DNA of 64,000 nt from an uncultured Flavobacteriaceae bacterium (GTDB taxonomy: Bacteria > Bacteroidota > Bacteroidia > Flavobacteriales > Flavobacteriaceae): positions 5,017 through 69,016 of the forward strand of contig CAJQQG010000013.1 of the NCBI GenBank assembly GCA_905480425.1, read 5' to 3'. The notes beneath the pieces are model-generated. The model saw nothing but the letters and a program-made list of their open reading frames with translations, was not told the origin of the DNA and made no database searches. The translations under genes were made by a program, and so were the position numbers. Shown piece after piece: positions 20,307-30,559 of the stretch. Each line of letters starts with the position of its first letter. Positions within the stretch are counted from its first letter, which is position 1.

Positions 20307-20872
20307 ATTTTCTTCATTTGCTGCTGCATCATTTTTATTTGCCCTGATAGCATTCCTTGTGTATCTAATTTTTTAGCTTCTGTCAGTAATTGTTGAGACT
20401 CTCTTTTTCTTCTTTTCTGAAGGTAAATTCCTGCCAAGCTCATTTTTGCCATTGCTAAATCATGGTTCATAGATAGGCCAAGTTTTAGTGCTGCTTTAAA
20501 ATATTTTTCCGCTTTGGTGAGGTTTTTCTGTGATTGAATAATTCCCATTAAGTAATTATAATAGCCCTGTTGTTTTCTTACAAGGTTGCGTTCTATATTG
20601 GGAATCCGAATAAGCCATTTTTCAGTCCCTTCAAAATCTTGTTTACGTAACCTAAGGAATGAAAGAAAAATAAGTTCATTTTTAAAATAAAGAAGGATAA
20701 ACATTCCCGCGAGCAAAATAAACATGACGCCATTGCCGATGTAGTCATCTATGATTTGGTAAATACCATAACTTATTGATAATAGGGCAAGAATAATTTT
20801 TAAAACTTTAGGAAACATGATTTTGATTTTTTTCAAAGATAAAAAAATCATTCTTGAAATGTTTATTATCAT
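20303..20872 (-). CDS. membrane-anchored TPR-like protein (unknown function)
   Basis: Two N-terminal hydrophobic helices followed by TPR-like helical repeats (AEKYFKAALKLG...). The likely true start is the internal ATG at 20818 (MFPKVLK). Confidence 0.5.
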   Translation of the reverse strand: MIINISRMIFLSLKKIKIMFPKVLKIILALLSISYGIYQIIDDYIGNGVMFILLAGMFILLYFKNELIFLSFLRLRKQDFEGTEKWLIRIPNIERNLVRKQQGYYNYLMGIIQSQKNLTKAEKYFKAALKLGLSMNHDLAMAKMSLAGIYLQKRRKRESQQLLTEAKKLDTQGMLSGQIKMMQQQMKKI

Positions 20873-20874
20873 CT

Positions 20875-20904
20875 TTGAAAGACAAAAAACTTATTGTATA
20901 TTTG
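20875..20904 (+). promoter_or_regulatory. Bacteroidota sigma-A-type promoter for rpmH (-33 TTG, 19-nt spacer, -7 TATATTTG)
   Basis: TTG at 20875-20877 and TATATTTG at 20897-20904, matching the TTG-N19-TAnnTTTG consensus. It lies 37 nt upstream of ATG 20942. Confidence 0.55.
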
Positions 20905-20941
20905 CCCGGCTTTTAGGAACAATTATCCAGAGCAATATATT

Positions 20942-21100
20942 ATGAAAAGAACATTTCAACCCTCTAGAAGAAAACGAAGAAATAAACACGGTTTTCGTGA
21001 ACGTATGGCCTCTGCCAATGGCCGTAAGGTGTTAGCTGCGAGAAGAGCTAAAGGCAGAAAGAAAATATCTGTATCTTCTGAACCTCGTCACAAAAAATAA
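20942..21100 (+). CDS. rpmH: 50S ribosomal protein L34
   Basis: [41 protein letters not shown]. The ORF-track start at 20894 is an upstream extension. Confidence 0.95.
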   Translation: MKRTFQPSRRKRRNKHGFRERMASANGRKVLAARRAKGRKKISVSSEPRHKK

Positions 21101-21120
21101 TGGTATTATTCAACCATATT

Positions 21121-21158
21121 AAAGGTGTTACTTTCTTGAAAGTAACACCTTTTTTTTT
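21121..21158 (+). terminator. rho-independent terminator after rpmH
   Basis: AGGTGTTACTTT / AAAGTAACACCT stem followed by a T9 run. Confidence 0.85.
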
Positions 21159-21184
21159 ATATTCATAAATTATAATTATTAGCT

Positions 21185-24034
21185 ATGCCAAAAGCAGACT
21201 CTATAAAAACTATTTTAATTATTGGTTCTGGACCTATCGTAATTGGACAGGCATGTGAATTTGATTATTCTGGTACTCAAGCACTAAGGTCTTTAAGAGA
21301 AGATGGAATAAAAACTGTTTTGATTAATTCAAATCCGGCAACTATTATGACAGATCCAACGATGGCAGATCATGTTTATTTAAAGCCGCTTAACACAAAA
21401 TCTATTGTTGAAATATTAAAGAATCATGACGTAGATGCTGTATTACCCACAATGGGTGGTCAGACTGCTCTAAATTTATGTATTGAAGCAGATGATAAGG
21501 GAATCTGGAAAGATTTTAATGTAAAAATTATTGGAGTAGATATTGATGCGATTCAAATTACAGAAGATCGTGATAAGTTTAAAAAATTGTTAAAAACAAT
21601 TGACATTCCAGTAGCACCTGCAGAGACTGCAAATTCAATGTTAAAAGGAAAAGAAATTGCTCAAAAATTTGGTTTTCCTCTAGTAATTCGTCCATCCTTT
21701 ACATTGGGCGGTTCTGGTGCTTCTTTTGTTCATAAAGAAGAAGACTTTAGTGAGTTATTAACCAGAGGCTTGGAAGCTTCTCCGATCCATGAAGTTCTAA
21801 TTGATAAGGCATTAGTTGGTTGGAAGGAATACGAACTTGAGTTATTGCGTGATGGAAATGATAATATTGTGATTATTTGTACCATTGAGAATATGGATCC
21901 TATGGGAATCCATACAGGTGATTCAATTACAGTAGCACCTGCGATGACTCTCTCTGATAATACTTTTCAACGTATGCGTGATATGGCCATCAAAATGATG
22001 CGAAGTATTGGTGATTTTTCAGGAGGCTGTAATGTACAGTTTGCGGTAAGTGCAGACGAAAAAGAAGATATTATCGCGATTGAAATTAATCCTAGAGTTT
22101 CTCGTTCTTCAGCTTTAGCATCAAAAGCAACAGGGTATCCTATTGCAAAAATTGCTGCAAAACTAGCCATAGGGTATACCCTAGATGAATTAGAAAATCA
22201 AATAACTAAATCTACTTCTGCCCTTTTTGAACCTACATTAGATTATGTAATTGTAAAAATACCAAGATGGAACTTCGATAAATTTGAAGGTTCAGATCGT
22301 ACTCTTGGACTTCAAATGAAATCAGTTGGAGAAGTTATGGGAATTGGGCGTTCTTTTCAGGAAGCACTTCATAAAGCAACGCAATCGCTTGAGGTTAAGC
22401 GAAATGGTTTGGGTGCTGATGGAAAAGGACTAAAAGATTATGATCAGATTATTGAAAAATTAACCTATGCAAGTTGGGATCGAGTATTTGTTATATATGA
22501 TGCTATTTCAATTGGAATACCCTTGAAAACAATCCATGAAATCACAAAAATTGACATGTGGTTTCTTAAACAATATGAAGAATTGTATCTATTAGAAAAA
22601 GAAATATCAAAATTTTCAATTGATTCAATAGATAAGCCTCTACTACTTGAAGCCAAACAAAAAGGTTTTGCAGATCGTCAAGTTGCTCACATGTTAAAAT
22701 GTTTCGAGAGTAAGGTACATTCTAAAAGAAGTGAATTAGGAATTCAGCGTGTATATAAATTAGTAGATACTTGTGCGGCTGAATTTTCTGCTAAAACACC
22801 CTATTATTATTCCACTTTTGAAGCACAAATTCAAAAAGAAGGAGGTATTCCTTATTCGGAAAATGAGAGCAAATCATCTGATCGCAAAAAAATCATAGTA
22901 TTAGGCTCTGGCCCCAATCGAATTGGACAAGGAATTGAATTTGATTATTGTTGTGTTCATGGTGTTTTAGCAGCGAGTGAATGTGATTATGAAACCATCA
23001 TGATTAATTGTAATCCTGAAACAGTTTCTACTGATTTTGACATTGCCGATAAGCTATACTTTGAGCCTGTTTTTTGGGAACATATTTATGATATTATTCA
23101 ACATGAAAAACCAGAGGGAGTCATTGTTCAGTTAGGGGGACAAACAGCTCTTAAACTTGCTGAAAAATTAGATCGTTATGGTATAAAAATTTTAGGAACA
23201 AGCTACAAAGCACTTGATTTAGCAGAAGATCGTGGTAGTTTTTCTAATCTTTTAAAAGAAAATAATATTCCTTATCCAGACTTTGGTGTTGCACAGACTG
23301 CTGATCAAGCTCTTGAATTAGCAGATGATTTAGACTTTCCTATTTTGGTTCGTCCTTCTTATGTATTGGGTGGTCAAGGAATGAAAATTGTTATTAATAA
23401 AGAAGATTTGGAAGCTCATGTTGTAGATTTACTTCAGAAAATACCAAATAATAAGCTTCTTTTAGACCATTATTTAGATGGTGCAATTGAATGTGAAGCA
23501 GATGCTATTTGTGATGGTGAAAATGTTTATATCATTGGAATTATGGAGCATATTGAGCCTTGTGGGATTCATTCTGGTGATTCAAATGCCATGTTACCTG
23601 TATTTAATTTAGGAGAATTTATTTTACAACAAATAAAAGACCATACCCATAAAATTGCTCTTGCGCTCAATACCGTTGGGTTGATTAATATTCAATATGC
23701 AGTAAAAGATGACAAGGTCTATGTTATAGAGGCCAATCCAAGAGCTTCTAGAACAGTTCCTTTTATTGCTAAAGCTTATAAAGAGCCTTACGTCAATTAT
23801 GCAACTAAAGTAATGTTGGGTGAAAAGAAAGTAACTGATTTTAAGTTTAACCCTCAACTAGAAGGCTATGCTATAAAACAACCTGTCTTTTCTTTTGACA
23901 AATTTCCAAATGTTAATAAGCAATTAGGTCCTGAGATGAAAAGCACTGGGGAAAGTATCCTTTTTATAGATAGCCTCAAAGACGATACCTTTTATGATTT
24001 ATACGGAAGACGAAAAATGTATTTAACGAAATAA
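21185..24034 (+). CDS. carB: carbamoyl-phosphate synthase large subunit
   Basis: 949 aa with duplicated ATP-grasp halves (IIGSGPIVIGQACEFDYSG.. and VLGSGPNRIGQGIEFDYCC..). No carA is adjacent. Confidence 0.95.
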   Translation: MPKADSIKTILIIGSGPIVIGQACEFDYSGTQALRSLREDGIKTVLINSNPATIMTDPTMADHVYLKPLNTKSIVEILKNHDVDAVLPTMGGQTALNLCIEADDKGIWKDFNVKIIGVDIDAIQITEDRDKFKKLLKTIDIPVAPAETANSMLKGKEIAQKFGFPLVIRPSFTLGGSGASFVHKEEDFSELLTRGLEASPIHEVLIDKALVGWKEYELELLRDGNDNIVIICTIENMDPMGIHTGDSITVAPAMTLSDNTFQRMRDMAIKMMRSIGDFSGGCNVQFAVSADEKEDIIAIEINPRVSRSSALASKATGYPIAKIAAKLAIGYTLDELENQITKSTSALFEPTLDYVIVKIPRWNFDKFEGSDRTLGLQMKSVGEVMGIGRSFQEALHKATQSLEVKRNGLGADGKGLKDYDQIIEKLTYASWDRVFVIYDAISIGIPLKTIHEITKIDMWFLKQYEELYLLEKEISKFSIDSIDKPLLLEAKQKGFADRQVAHMLKCFESKVHSKRSELGIQRVYKLVDTCAAEFSAKTPYYYSTFEAQIQKEGGIPYSENESKSSDRKKIIVLGSGPNRIGQGIEFDYCCVHGVLAASECDYETIMINCNPETVSTDFDIADKLYFEPVFWEHIYDIIQHEKPEGVIVQLGGQTALKLAEKLDRYGIKILGTSYKALDLAEDRGSFSNLLKENNIPYPDFGVAQTADQALELADDLDFPILVRPSYVLGGQGMKIVINKEDLEAHVVDLLQKIPNNKLLLDHYLDGAIECEADAICDGENVYIIGIMEHIEPCGIHSGDSNAMLPVFNLGEFILQQIKDHTHKIALALNTVGLINIQYAVKDDKVYVIEANPRASRTVPFIAKAYKEPYVNYATKVMLGEKKVTDFKFNPQLEGYAIKQPVFSFDKFPNVNKQLGPEMKSTGESILFIDSLKDDTFYDLYGRRKMYLTK

Positions 24035-24055
24035 TTAAATTTACAAAACACACCA

Positions 24056-24550
24056 ATGGAAATGAATAAAGTAGAATTGAACGCTTTTTTTGGACTTGTG
24101 ATTCTTGCTTTATGCACAAGGTTATTACCTCATCCACCTAATTTTGCTCCAATAACTGGTATAGCACTTTTTACAGGCCATCATTTTGCTAATAAGCGTT
24201 TAGCACTATTTATTCCTATTTTCTCTATGTTTATTACTGATCTTTACCTTGGGATCCACTCCTTAATGCCAATTATATATCTTTCTTTTGTAATGATATC
24301 AATGTTAGGTATTAAGACTAAATCTATTTCCTTGGGAATTGTTCTCACGGCTTCTTCATTATTTTTCATTCTTAGTAACTTAGGCGTTTGGTATTTTTAT
24401 TATCCACTTAATTGGGCAGGTTTTACTAGTTGCTTTATTCTGGCTATTCCCTTCTTTGTGAATTCATTAATGGGTGATCTATTCTATACTTCTGTACTAC
24501 AGTTTTCATATAAAAAATTTATAGAATCATCTTTTACACTAATTAAATAG
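24056..24550 (+). CDS. small multi-pass membrane protein (DUF6580-like putative transport protein, from memory)
   Basis: 164 aa with about 5 hydrophobic segments and the motif RLLPHPPNFAPITGIALF. It starts 21 nt after carB. Confidence 0.45.
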   Translation: MEMNKVELNAFFGLVILALCTRLLPHPPNFAPITGIALFTGHHFANKRLALFIPIFSMFITDLYLGIHSLMPIIYLSFVMISMLGIKTKSISLGIVLTASSLFFILSNLGVWYFYYPLNWAGFTSCFILAIPFFVNSLMGDLFYTSVLQFSYKKFIESSFTLIK

Positions 24551-24796
24551 ATTTAATATTTACTTCGAAGGTTTTTTAATAAAGATTAAAAGAAAATTTG
24601 GTAGAAATCCTAAAATGAATCCCCAACTCCTGACTTAGTTCCAAAGGAGTTCTTTAAACACTTCTTTTGTCACTATTACTTTTTAATTTGGAGTTAGTTT
24701 AAAGGTTTAATTCAGCAGACCAACTGATAGTATTAGCGTGCTTTAAACCTCGAAAAAAAATTTTATAAAATACATTTTGAAATCTAATAGTGAATC

Positions 24797-26317
24797 TTAG
24801 TTATTCTTTTGAATAAAACTTAATGGAATTACTTTATCTGAAAACATACGCCGACGTTTTAATAGTTGAGGATCTTCAATAAGAAATTTTCTGGATAACA
24901 ATGCCTTTGGAATATTGTATTTATCTGTTGTGCCCTCAATTAAATTTAAGACAGTTGCTAAGAAGGGTTCGTTTTTGTCTCCAAGGGTTCCCATATTTTG
25001 TAAATCTTCTTCTATTAATCTTGAGGGTTCTAGACCGTCTGCATAATCAGCAAATCCCTCACTATTTGCAATTTTCAGAACAATGGGTTGCATAGCATAA
25101 CGATGATCAGGATTTCGTGTACCATCATTATCTATATAATCATAAACAGTTATTGACCCTACATTTTTACCAACGGTTTGCTCTCCAATGTGAATGACTT
25201 CAATTAGTGGTGCAAGGCCGTTAATTAATAATTCACTTGCAGAAGCAGATTCTGAAGTTGTCAAAATAAAAACTCTATTTAATTCTAATGAATTAATAGG
25301 TTCTCCGTCAGAAAGAACATTAACAAAACGATTTTTTTGACTATCAGAACCGTATTTCTCTAAAAAATATGCATCTAGTTTTGAGTTCCATAATTCATTG
25401 GAAAATACTTCGCCAGTTAATTGCCCAGTAATCATACTGGCAAGCTCGACACAATTTCGAACAGATCCACCACCATTATATCTTAAATCAATCACTAAGT
25501 CAATGATTCCAGTTGTTTTAAATTCAGCAAAAATTTTATTTAAATCATTGCTTTTAGTGGCTACAAATTGATTGTACATTAAATAACCAACATTTCCAAC
25601 ATCTGTAGAAACAATTTTCGAAACTTGAATAGGGTTAGTTTCAAAATTTTCTTCTTTAGTTAATTCAACTACTACTCCATTATTTGATATTATTCCGTTT
25701 TTAATAGAAACCATATTTAGAGAGTATGTTAAGTTATCACTAAACAATAAATCTCTGTAATTATTAACGGTTAGTGATGTGCCATTAACACCATTAAAGA
25801 AATCTCCACGGCGGATATTTTTTTCAGAAGCATTAGATCCTTCTAAAATATATTTTACAAAACCAATTACTTGGTTACAATTTTCACAAGCCAGAAGTAA
25901 TCCAAACTCAACACCATTTGAGGCAACAATACCTTGTAGACTATTTTCCAGCTCTAAATAATCGTCTTGAATCCAACTAAAGCGATCGTCGGGATGTTTT
26001 AAAGATTCAAAAAAAGTTTCAGGCACTAAATTGTTATTAATATATTTTGCATACCCTTTTGAATCTTGAAGTAGAGTGTCAGAAAGAGCATCAACTTCTT
26101 CTTGCCAATAATAGAACTCATTCAACCCTTTCCATACGAAATCACTTATTTGTAAGTCTCCCTCAAGGCTTATGAAATTATCATCAGAATCTCCATTGGA
26201 ACTAAGTGAGGAATCTTCTGAATCTATAGGGTCTTTTTTACATCCTTGAAAAGTGAATACAAGTAAGGACAAGGATAAAAAAAAAGAAGTCACTAATTTT
26301 AGATGCTTATACATCAT
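24797..26317 (-). CDS. S41-family (C-terminal processing) peptidase lipoprotein
   Basis: Lipobox FQGC and an S41 core (VIDLRYNGGGSV...TSESASASELLINGL). Confidence 0.8.
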   Translation of the reverse strand: MMYKHLKLVTSFFLSLSLLVFTFQGCKKDPIDSEDSSLSSNGDSDDNFISLEGDLQISDFVWKGLNEFYYWQEEVDALSDTLLQDSKGYAKYINNNLVPETFFESLKHPDDRFSWIQDDYLELENSLQGIVASNGVEFGLLLACENCNQVIGFVKYILEGSNASEKNIRRGDFFNGVNGTSLTVNNYRDLLFSDNLTYSLNMVSIKNGIISNNGVVVELTKEENFETNPIQVSKIVSTDVGNVGYLMYNQFVATKSNDLNKIFAEFKTTGIIDLVIDLRYNGGGSVRNCVELASMITGQLTGEVFSNELWNSKLDAYFLEKYGSDSQKNRFVNVLSDGEPINSLELNRVFILTTSESASASELLINGLAPLIEVIHIGEQTVGKNVGSITVYDYIDNDGTRNPDHRYAMQPIVLKIANSEGFADYADGLEPSRLIEEDLQNMGTLGDKNEPFLATVLNLIEGTTDKYNIPKALLSRKFLIEDPQLLKRRRMFSDKVIPLSFIQKNN

Positions 26318-26481
26318 GATGCAAAGGATTTAATACAAATAAACATTCAAATTTATTGAAAAGTATTGATTTTACATTGTTTTTTTTTAATGGTGTAACA
26401 AAATAGACGTTAAATTCGTCTGTAAATTATAAAAACAAAAATGTGCAGTTGATTGCTGACAAAAATATTAAATAAATAATC

Positions 26482-27093
26482 ATGAAAAATCTATCACTTG
26501 TATTAATTGTGTTTATGTTAAGCTTATCGGTAAAAGGGCAATCCATTTTTGAACGTTTTGCCGACTATGATGATGTTTCGCTAGTCTCAATAAGTCCTAA
26601 AATGTTTAAAATGCTGGGGCAATTGAGTGTTAGTTTAGATGATCCTGAAGCACAAGAATATATAGATATGGTTTCAAGTATAGAGAATTTTAAAGTTCTA
26701 ATTTCAGGGAATGATGAAGTTACTGATGCAATGTCAAAATGGGCAGCGGAACAGCTTTCTTCAAAAGATTTAGAAGAACTCATGACCATTAAAGATGCGG
26801 ATGCAGATGTTGCGTTTTATGTGAAAAGTGGAAAGTCGGATGATCGTGTTGAAAAATTAATCATGTATGTAAATGGTGTTAATCCAAAAATCATGAAAGA
26901 TTCACCCCTTGGTGAACGTACGGTGGAAACTATAATATTGTTAATTGAGGGTAATATTGATTTAAAGCAAATTTCGAAACTTACAGATCAAATGAGCCTT
27001 CCAGGTGGAAAACAATTAAGAAAAGCTTCTGGTGTTCCTCCATTTACTCCAGCTCCACCTAAGATAACCATCAAACCTAATAAATCATTATAA
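26482..27093 (+). CDS. DUF4252-family secreted protein with Pro-rich C-terminal tail
   Basis: Signal peptide, then FERFADYDDVSLVSISPKMFKML and a C-terminal ILLIEGNIDLKQISKL pattern typical of Bacteroidota DUF4252. Confidence 0.65.
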   Translation: MKNLSLVLIVFMLSLSVKGQSIFERFADYDDVSLVSISPKMFKMLGQLSVSLDDPEAQEYIDMVSSIENFKVLISGNDEVTDAMSKWAAEQLSSKDLEELMTIKDADADVAFYVKSGKSDDRVEKLIMYVNGVNPKIMKDSPLGERTVETIILLIEGNIDLKQISKLTDQMSLPGGKQLRKASGVPPFTPAPPKITIKPNKSL

Positions 27094-27655
27094 ATGAAAA
27101 AGATATCACTATTGTGGATTCTATTAATTTTAGGTATAGTAACATCATCATGTAATAAAAGAGTTATCCTTTAGTCTTATTATGTTGACAAAATGGAAGA
27201 TGCTTCGTTTTTAATTGTCAATGTCCCTTTTAAATTAGAAAGTTTTTTTAAACAAAACTTATCTGAAGATGAGCAGTTGACTGTTTCTAGTATTGATAAG
27301 CTTAATTTGTTGCTTTTTCGCCCTAAAAAAGATCAAATTGAAAATTATCAAAAGGAGTTAGTTGTGATATCGGAAATTCTTGATCAAGAACGTTACCAAC
27401 ATTTAATGAATTTTAGAGCTTTTGAAAAAGCAGAAGGAGCTTTTCTATTCGAGGGAACAACCCAAGCAATAGAGGAAGGAATTATATTTTTAAAAAATGG
27501 GAGAAAAAGGTTTCGGAGTACTAAGAATTTTAGGCAGTGATATTAATCCAGCCTCTTTAGTGACTTTAGTAAAAAAAGTTGAACCAAATTTATTTAAACA
27601 ACAACTAAAATTTTCTTTTGGATCTAAAGAAGGATTGTTTTCTGATGAAAAGTAA
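27094..27655 (+). pseudogene. disrupted DUF4252 paralog (in-frame TAG at 27172-27174 plus a 1-nt frameshift in the A6 run 27492-27497)
   Basis: A lipoprotein signal (MKKISLLWILLILGIVTSSC) is followed in frame by TAG, and the same frame continues into track ORF 27193-27540. After A6, the next frame reads GEKGFGVLRILGSDINPASLVTLVKKV...*, parallel to the C-terminus of the neighbouring DUF4252. Removing 1 nt restores about 186 aa. Confidence 0.6.
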
Positions 27656-27657
27656 GA

Positions 27658-29001
27658 TTAAATTCCAGTATAATTAAAAGGAGTAATTGTTTTAAGCTGA
27701 GATTTTAAATTTTCATCTATTTCAAGACTTCCAATAAATTGTTGAATAGCATCTCTATTAATGGCTGAATTAGTCCGTGTAAGTTCTTTTAGTGCTTCAT
27801 AAGGATTTGGATAGCCTTCTTTTCTTAAAATAGTTTGGATACCCTCAGCAACTACAGCCCAATTTGCATTAAGATCATCTTCGATTTTAGTAATATTCAC
27901 TAATAATTTTCCTAAACCTTTTTGAGTTGATTGAAATCCAATAAGAGTATGTCCAAAGGGAACTCCAACATTTCTTAGTACAGTACTATCGGTAAGATCA
28001 CGTTGTAGTCTTGATACAGGAAGTTTTGCTGCTAAAAATTCAAATATTGCATTGGCCATACTTAAATTCCCTTCTGAATTTTCAAAATCTATTGGATTTA
28101 CTTTGTGAGGCATTGCAGAAGAACCAATTTCATTAGCAGTGATTTTTTGTTTAAAGTAATCCATAGAAATATACTGCCATAGATCTCTGTTTAAGTCTAT
28201 GATAATAGTATTAATTCGCTTCATATTATCACACAAAGCAGCAAAAGAATCGTAATGTTCAATTTGTGTAGTAGGGAAAGAGTAGTTTAATCCTAATGTC
28301 TTTTCTACAAAATGTGTTCCAAAGGCTTTCCAGTCATAATTAGGATAAGCTACTTTATGAGCATTAAAATTACCAGTAGCACCAGAAAATTTTGCGCCAA
28401 AATGAAGTGACAACAACATTTTTTTCTGTCTTTTTAAGCGTTCTGAAAAAACATCAATTTCTTTTCCAAGGCGAGTGGGAGAGGCAGGTTGTCCGTGTGT
28501 TCTAGCTAATAAAGGAATATCCTTATATTCAACAACTAATCCATCTAATTGAACAATTAGTTCTTCCAAAAGTGGAAGGTATACTTCATTTACTGCATTT
28601 TTAATAGACAGTGGTATTGCAGTATTGTTAATGTCCTGTGATGTTAACCCAAAATGAATAAATTCTTTGTAAGGTTGTAGTTCAAGTTTATCAAATTCTT
28701 TTTTGATAAAATATTCTACCGCTTTAACATCATGATTAGTAGTACTTTCAATTTCTTTAATATCTAGAGCATCTTCTGGACTAAAGTGTAAATAAATACT
28801 ACGTAGTTCCTCAAAAAGTGAGGGGTTAAAGTCAGCTAATTGAGGAAGAGGTAATTTACACAGCTCAATAAAGTATTCAATTTCAATTTGAACACGATAT
28901 TTTATTAGTGCTTCTTCGGAGAAATAGCCAGCAAGTGATTTTGTTTTAGATCGGTACCGACCATCAATTGGCGAGATGGCGTTAAGTGCGGTAAGTAACA
29001 T
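27658..29001 (-). CDS. purB: adenylosuccinate lyase
   Basis: 447 aa with the fumarate-lyase signature GSSAMPHKVNP and an N-terminal ISPIDGRY. Confidence 0.95.
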   Translation of the reverse strand: MLLTALNAISPIDGRYRSKTKSLAGYFSEEALIKYRVQIEIEYFIELCKLPLPQLADFNPSLFEELRSIYLHFSPEDALDIKEIESTTNHDVKAVEYFIKKEFDKLELQPYKEFIHFGLTSQDINNTAIPLSIKNAVNEVYLPLLEELIVQLDGLVVEYKDIPLLARTHGQPASPTRLGKEIDVFSERLKRQKKMLLSLHFGAKFSGATGNFNAHKVAYPNYDWKAFGTHFVEKTLGLNYSFPTTQIEHYDSFAALCDNMKRINTIIIDLNRDLWQYISMDYFKQKITANEIGSSAMPHKVNPIDFENSEGNLSMANAIFEFLAAKLPVSRLQRDLTDSTVLRNVGVPFGHTLIGFQSTQKGLGKLLVNITKIEDDLNANWAVVAEGIQTILRKEGYPNPYEALKELTRTNSAINRDAIQQFIGSLEIDENLKSQLKTITPFNYTGI

Positions 29002-29158
29002 GTTATTTTATTAGTAAAGCAAAGATACGTTGAAAATAAGAGGAGATGAAATTAATTTTTAAAAACGGTTCTATTTGATGGATATATTTATCAAGTTAAG
29101 GATCATTTCTAGAAGTCAACAAGGAATTTAAGTGAGTTTAATTTTTTTAAAAGTATGT

Positions 29159-29911
29159 TTAAAGTTGAAAAATTTTATATTCTTCATAACATTTACTGAT
29201 TCCTTCAAGAATTTGAAGGTCATTTCCTTCTTTTATAAATGCATCTGAATAATTACAATTTCTCAATATTTCATCAATATCAATTCTTTTTAGTCCCAAA
29301 AGTTGCATCAAAACTTGGCGATCAAATTTTGAAGCTAAAAGATTATTAATTTCATTATCCTCACGCATTTTTTTGAGTTTCCTCATTTGCGCTGGATTTT
29401 TACCGAAAAGATTATGTAGGAAATCAGCGGGATTAAAAACGTTTCCTAAAACTTTTGAAATAGCACTTGGATTTCTTGATCCTGATTCATAACCTCTATT
29501 AGGCAAACCTGAAATACTATACCTTCGAGCTGTATTAATGGGGGCGTTTCTAACATCAATATCAAGGTATCCTGTAAGCTTGTATGGTCGTATAATGATT
29601 TCTTCTAATGCAAATGCCAATTCAGTCATTTTAAAGCTGGCATTTCCAAACTTCAGCATGTCGTTAGTTACAGCTATTTTAAGAGGTTTATATCCAAGGT
29701 ATGACAGGTATAATGTATCTTTTACTTTTACCTCAATTTCAAAGTTTCCCTTTTGATTAGTTATCGTTCCAATTACCTGTGTTAAATTTAAAACATGAAC
29801 ACTTGGCATTGACAAACCTGTTGTTTCGTTTTCTACTCGTGCACTGAAAGTTTCTTGACCTTTGGAATTGAAAAACACCAATAAAAAAAAAGCAACCCAA
29901 ATCTTTTTCAT
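29159..29911 (-). CDS. CarboxypepD_reg-like domain protein (secreted, unknown function)
   Basis: Signal peptide and a beta-sandwich motif (VHVLNLTQVIGTITNQKGNFEIEVKVKDTLYLSYLGYKP). Confidence 0.6.
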   Translation of the reverse strand: MKKIWVAFFLLVFFNSKGQETFSARVENETTGLSMPSVHVLNLTQVIGTITNQKGNFEIEVKVKDTLYLSYLGYKPLKIAVTNDMLKFGNASFKMTELAFALEEIIIRPYKLTGYLDIDVRNAPINTARRYSISGLPNRGYESGSRNPSAISKVLGNVFNPADFLHNLFGKNPAQMRKLKKMREDNEINNLLASKFDRQVLMQLLGLKRIDIDEILRNCNYSDAFIKEGNDLQILEGISKCYEEYKIFQL

Positions 29912-29967
29912 GTTATAAAATTAACTAAAAATCGGTTAAAATATTCTCACTAAGACCCTTAATATTA

Positions 29968-30552
29968 TTATAATTTTAAAGTAGTTAGTAGTTCTGTCAA
30001 AAATTTTTGAGTAGCCAATGCCCGATGACTAATTTTATTCTTTACGGTATCGCCCAATTCTGCGAACGTTTTCGTATATCCTTCTGGAATGAAAATTGGA
30101 TCATAACCAAAACCATGATTACCACGTTTTTCAAAAATCAAATTCCCAATTACTTTTCCTTCATAAATAGTAGTCTTAGAGCCAAATGAAGATGCTATGA
30201 CGGTTCTGAACTGAGCTTTTGTTGATTCTTTATTGCTAAGTTCTTTCCATATTTTCTTGATGTTATCTTCATTATTTTTTTTATCACCAGCATATCTGGC
30301 TGAGTATACGCCTGGCGAACCACCCAAAGCATCTACTTCCAATCCAGAATCATCTGCAAAGCAATCTAAGCCATATTTATATTTTATAAAGTTTGCTTTT
30401 AATTTGGCATTTTCTTCAAGAGTAGTACCTGTTTCCTCAATTTCTTCATGACAATTAATATCGGTCAAGCTAAGTATTGAGATATTTGAAGGTAAAAGCT
30501 TTTTAAGTTCTTCTACTTTGTGTTGATTGTGGGTAGCAAAAATTAATTTCAT
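29968..30552 (-). CDS. rdgB: non-canonical purine NTP (dITP/XTP) pyrophosphatase
   Basis: HAM1 family motifs: FATHNQHKVEE, ADDSGLEVDALGGSPGVYSARY, GFGYDPIF. Confidence 0.9.
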   Translation of the reverse strand: MKLIFATHNQHKVEELKKLLPSNISILSLTDINCHEEIEETGTTLEENAKLKANFIKYKYGLDCFADDSGLEVDALGGSPGVYSARYAGDKKNNEDNIKKIWKELSNKESTKAQFRTVIASSFGSKTTIYEGKVIGNLIFEKRGNHGFGYDPIFIPEGYTKTFAELGDTVKNKISHRALATQKFLTELLTTLKL

Positions 30553-30559
30553 TTATAAT

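Noticed and set aside
27193-27540. Track ORF of 115 aa treated as an independent gene.
   Set aside because: I reinterpreted it as the middle fragment of a disrupted DUF4252 paralog. It is in frame with an upstream signal peptide across a TAG codon and continues in the next frame after an A6 run.
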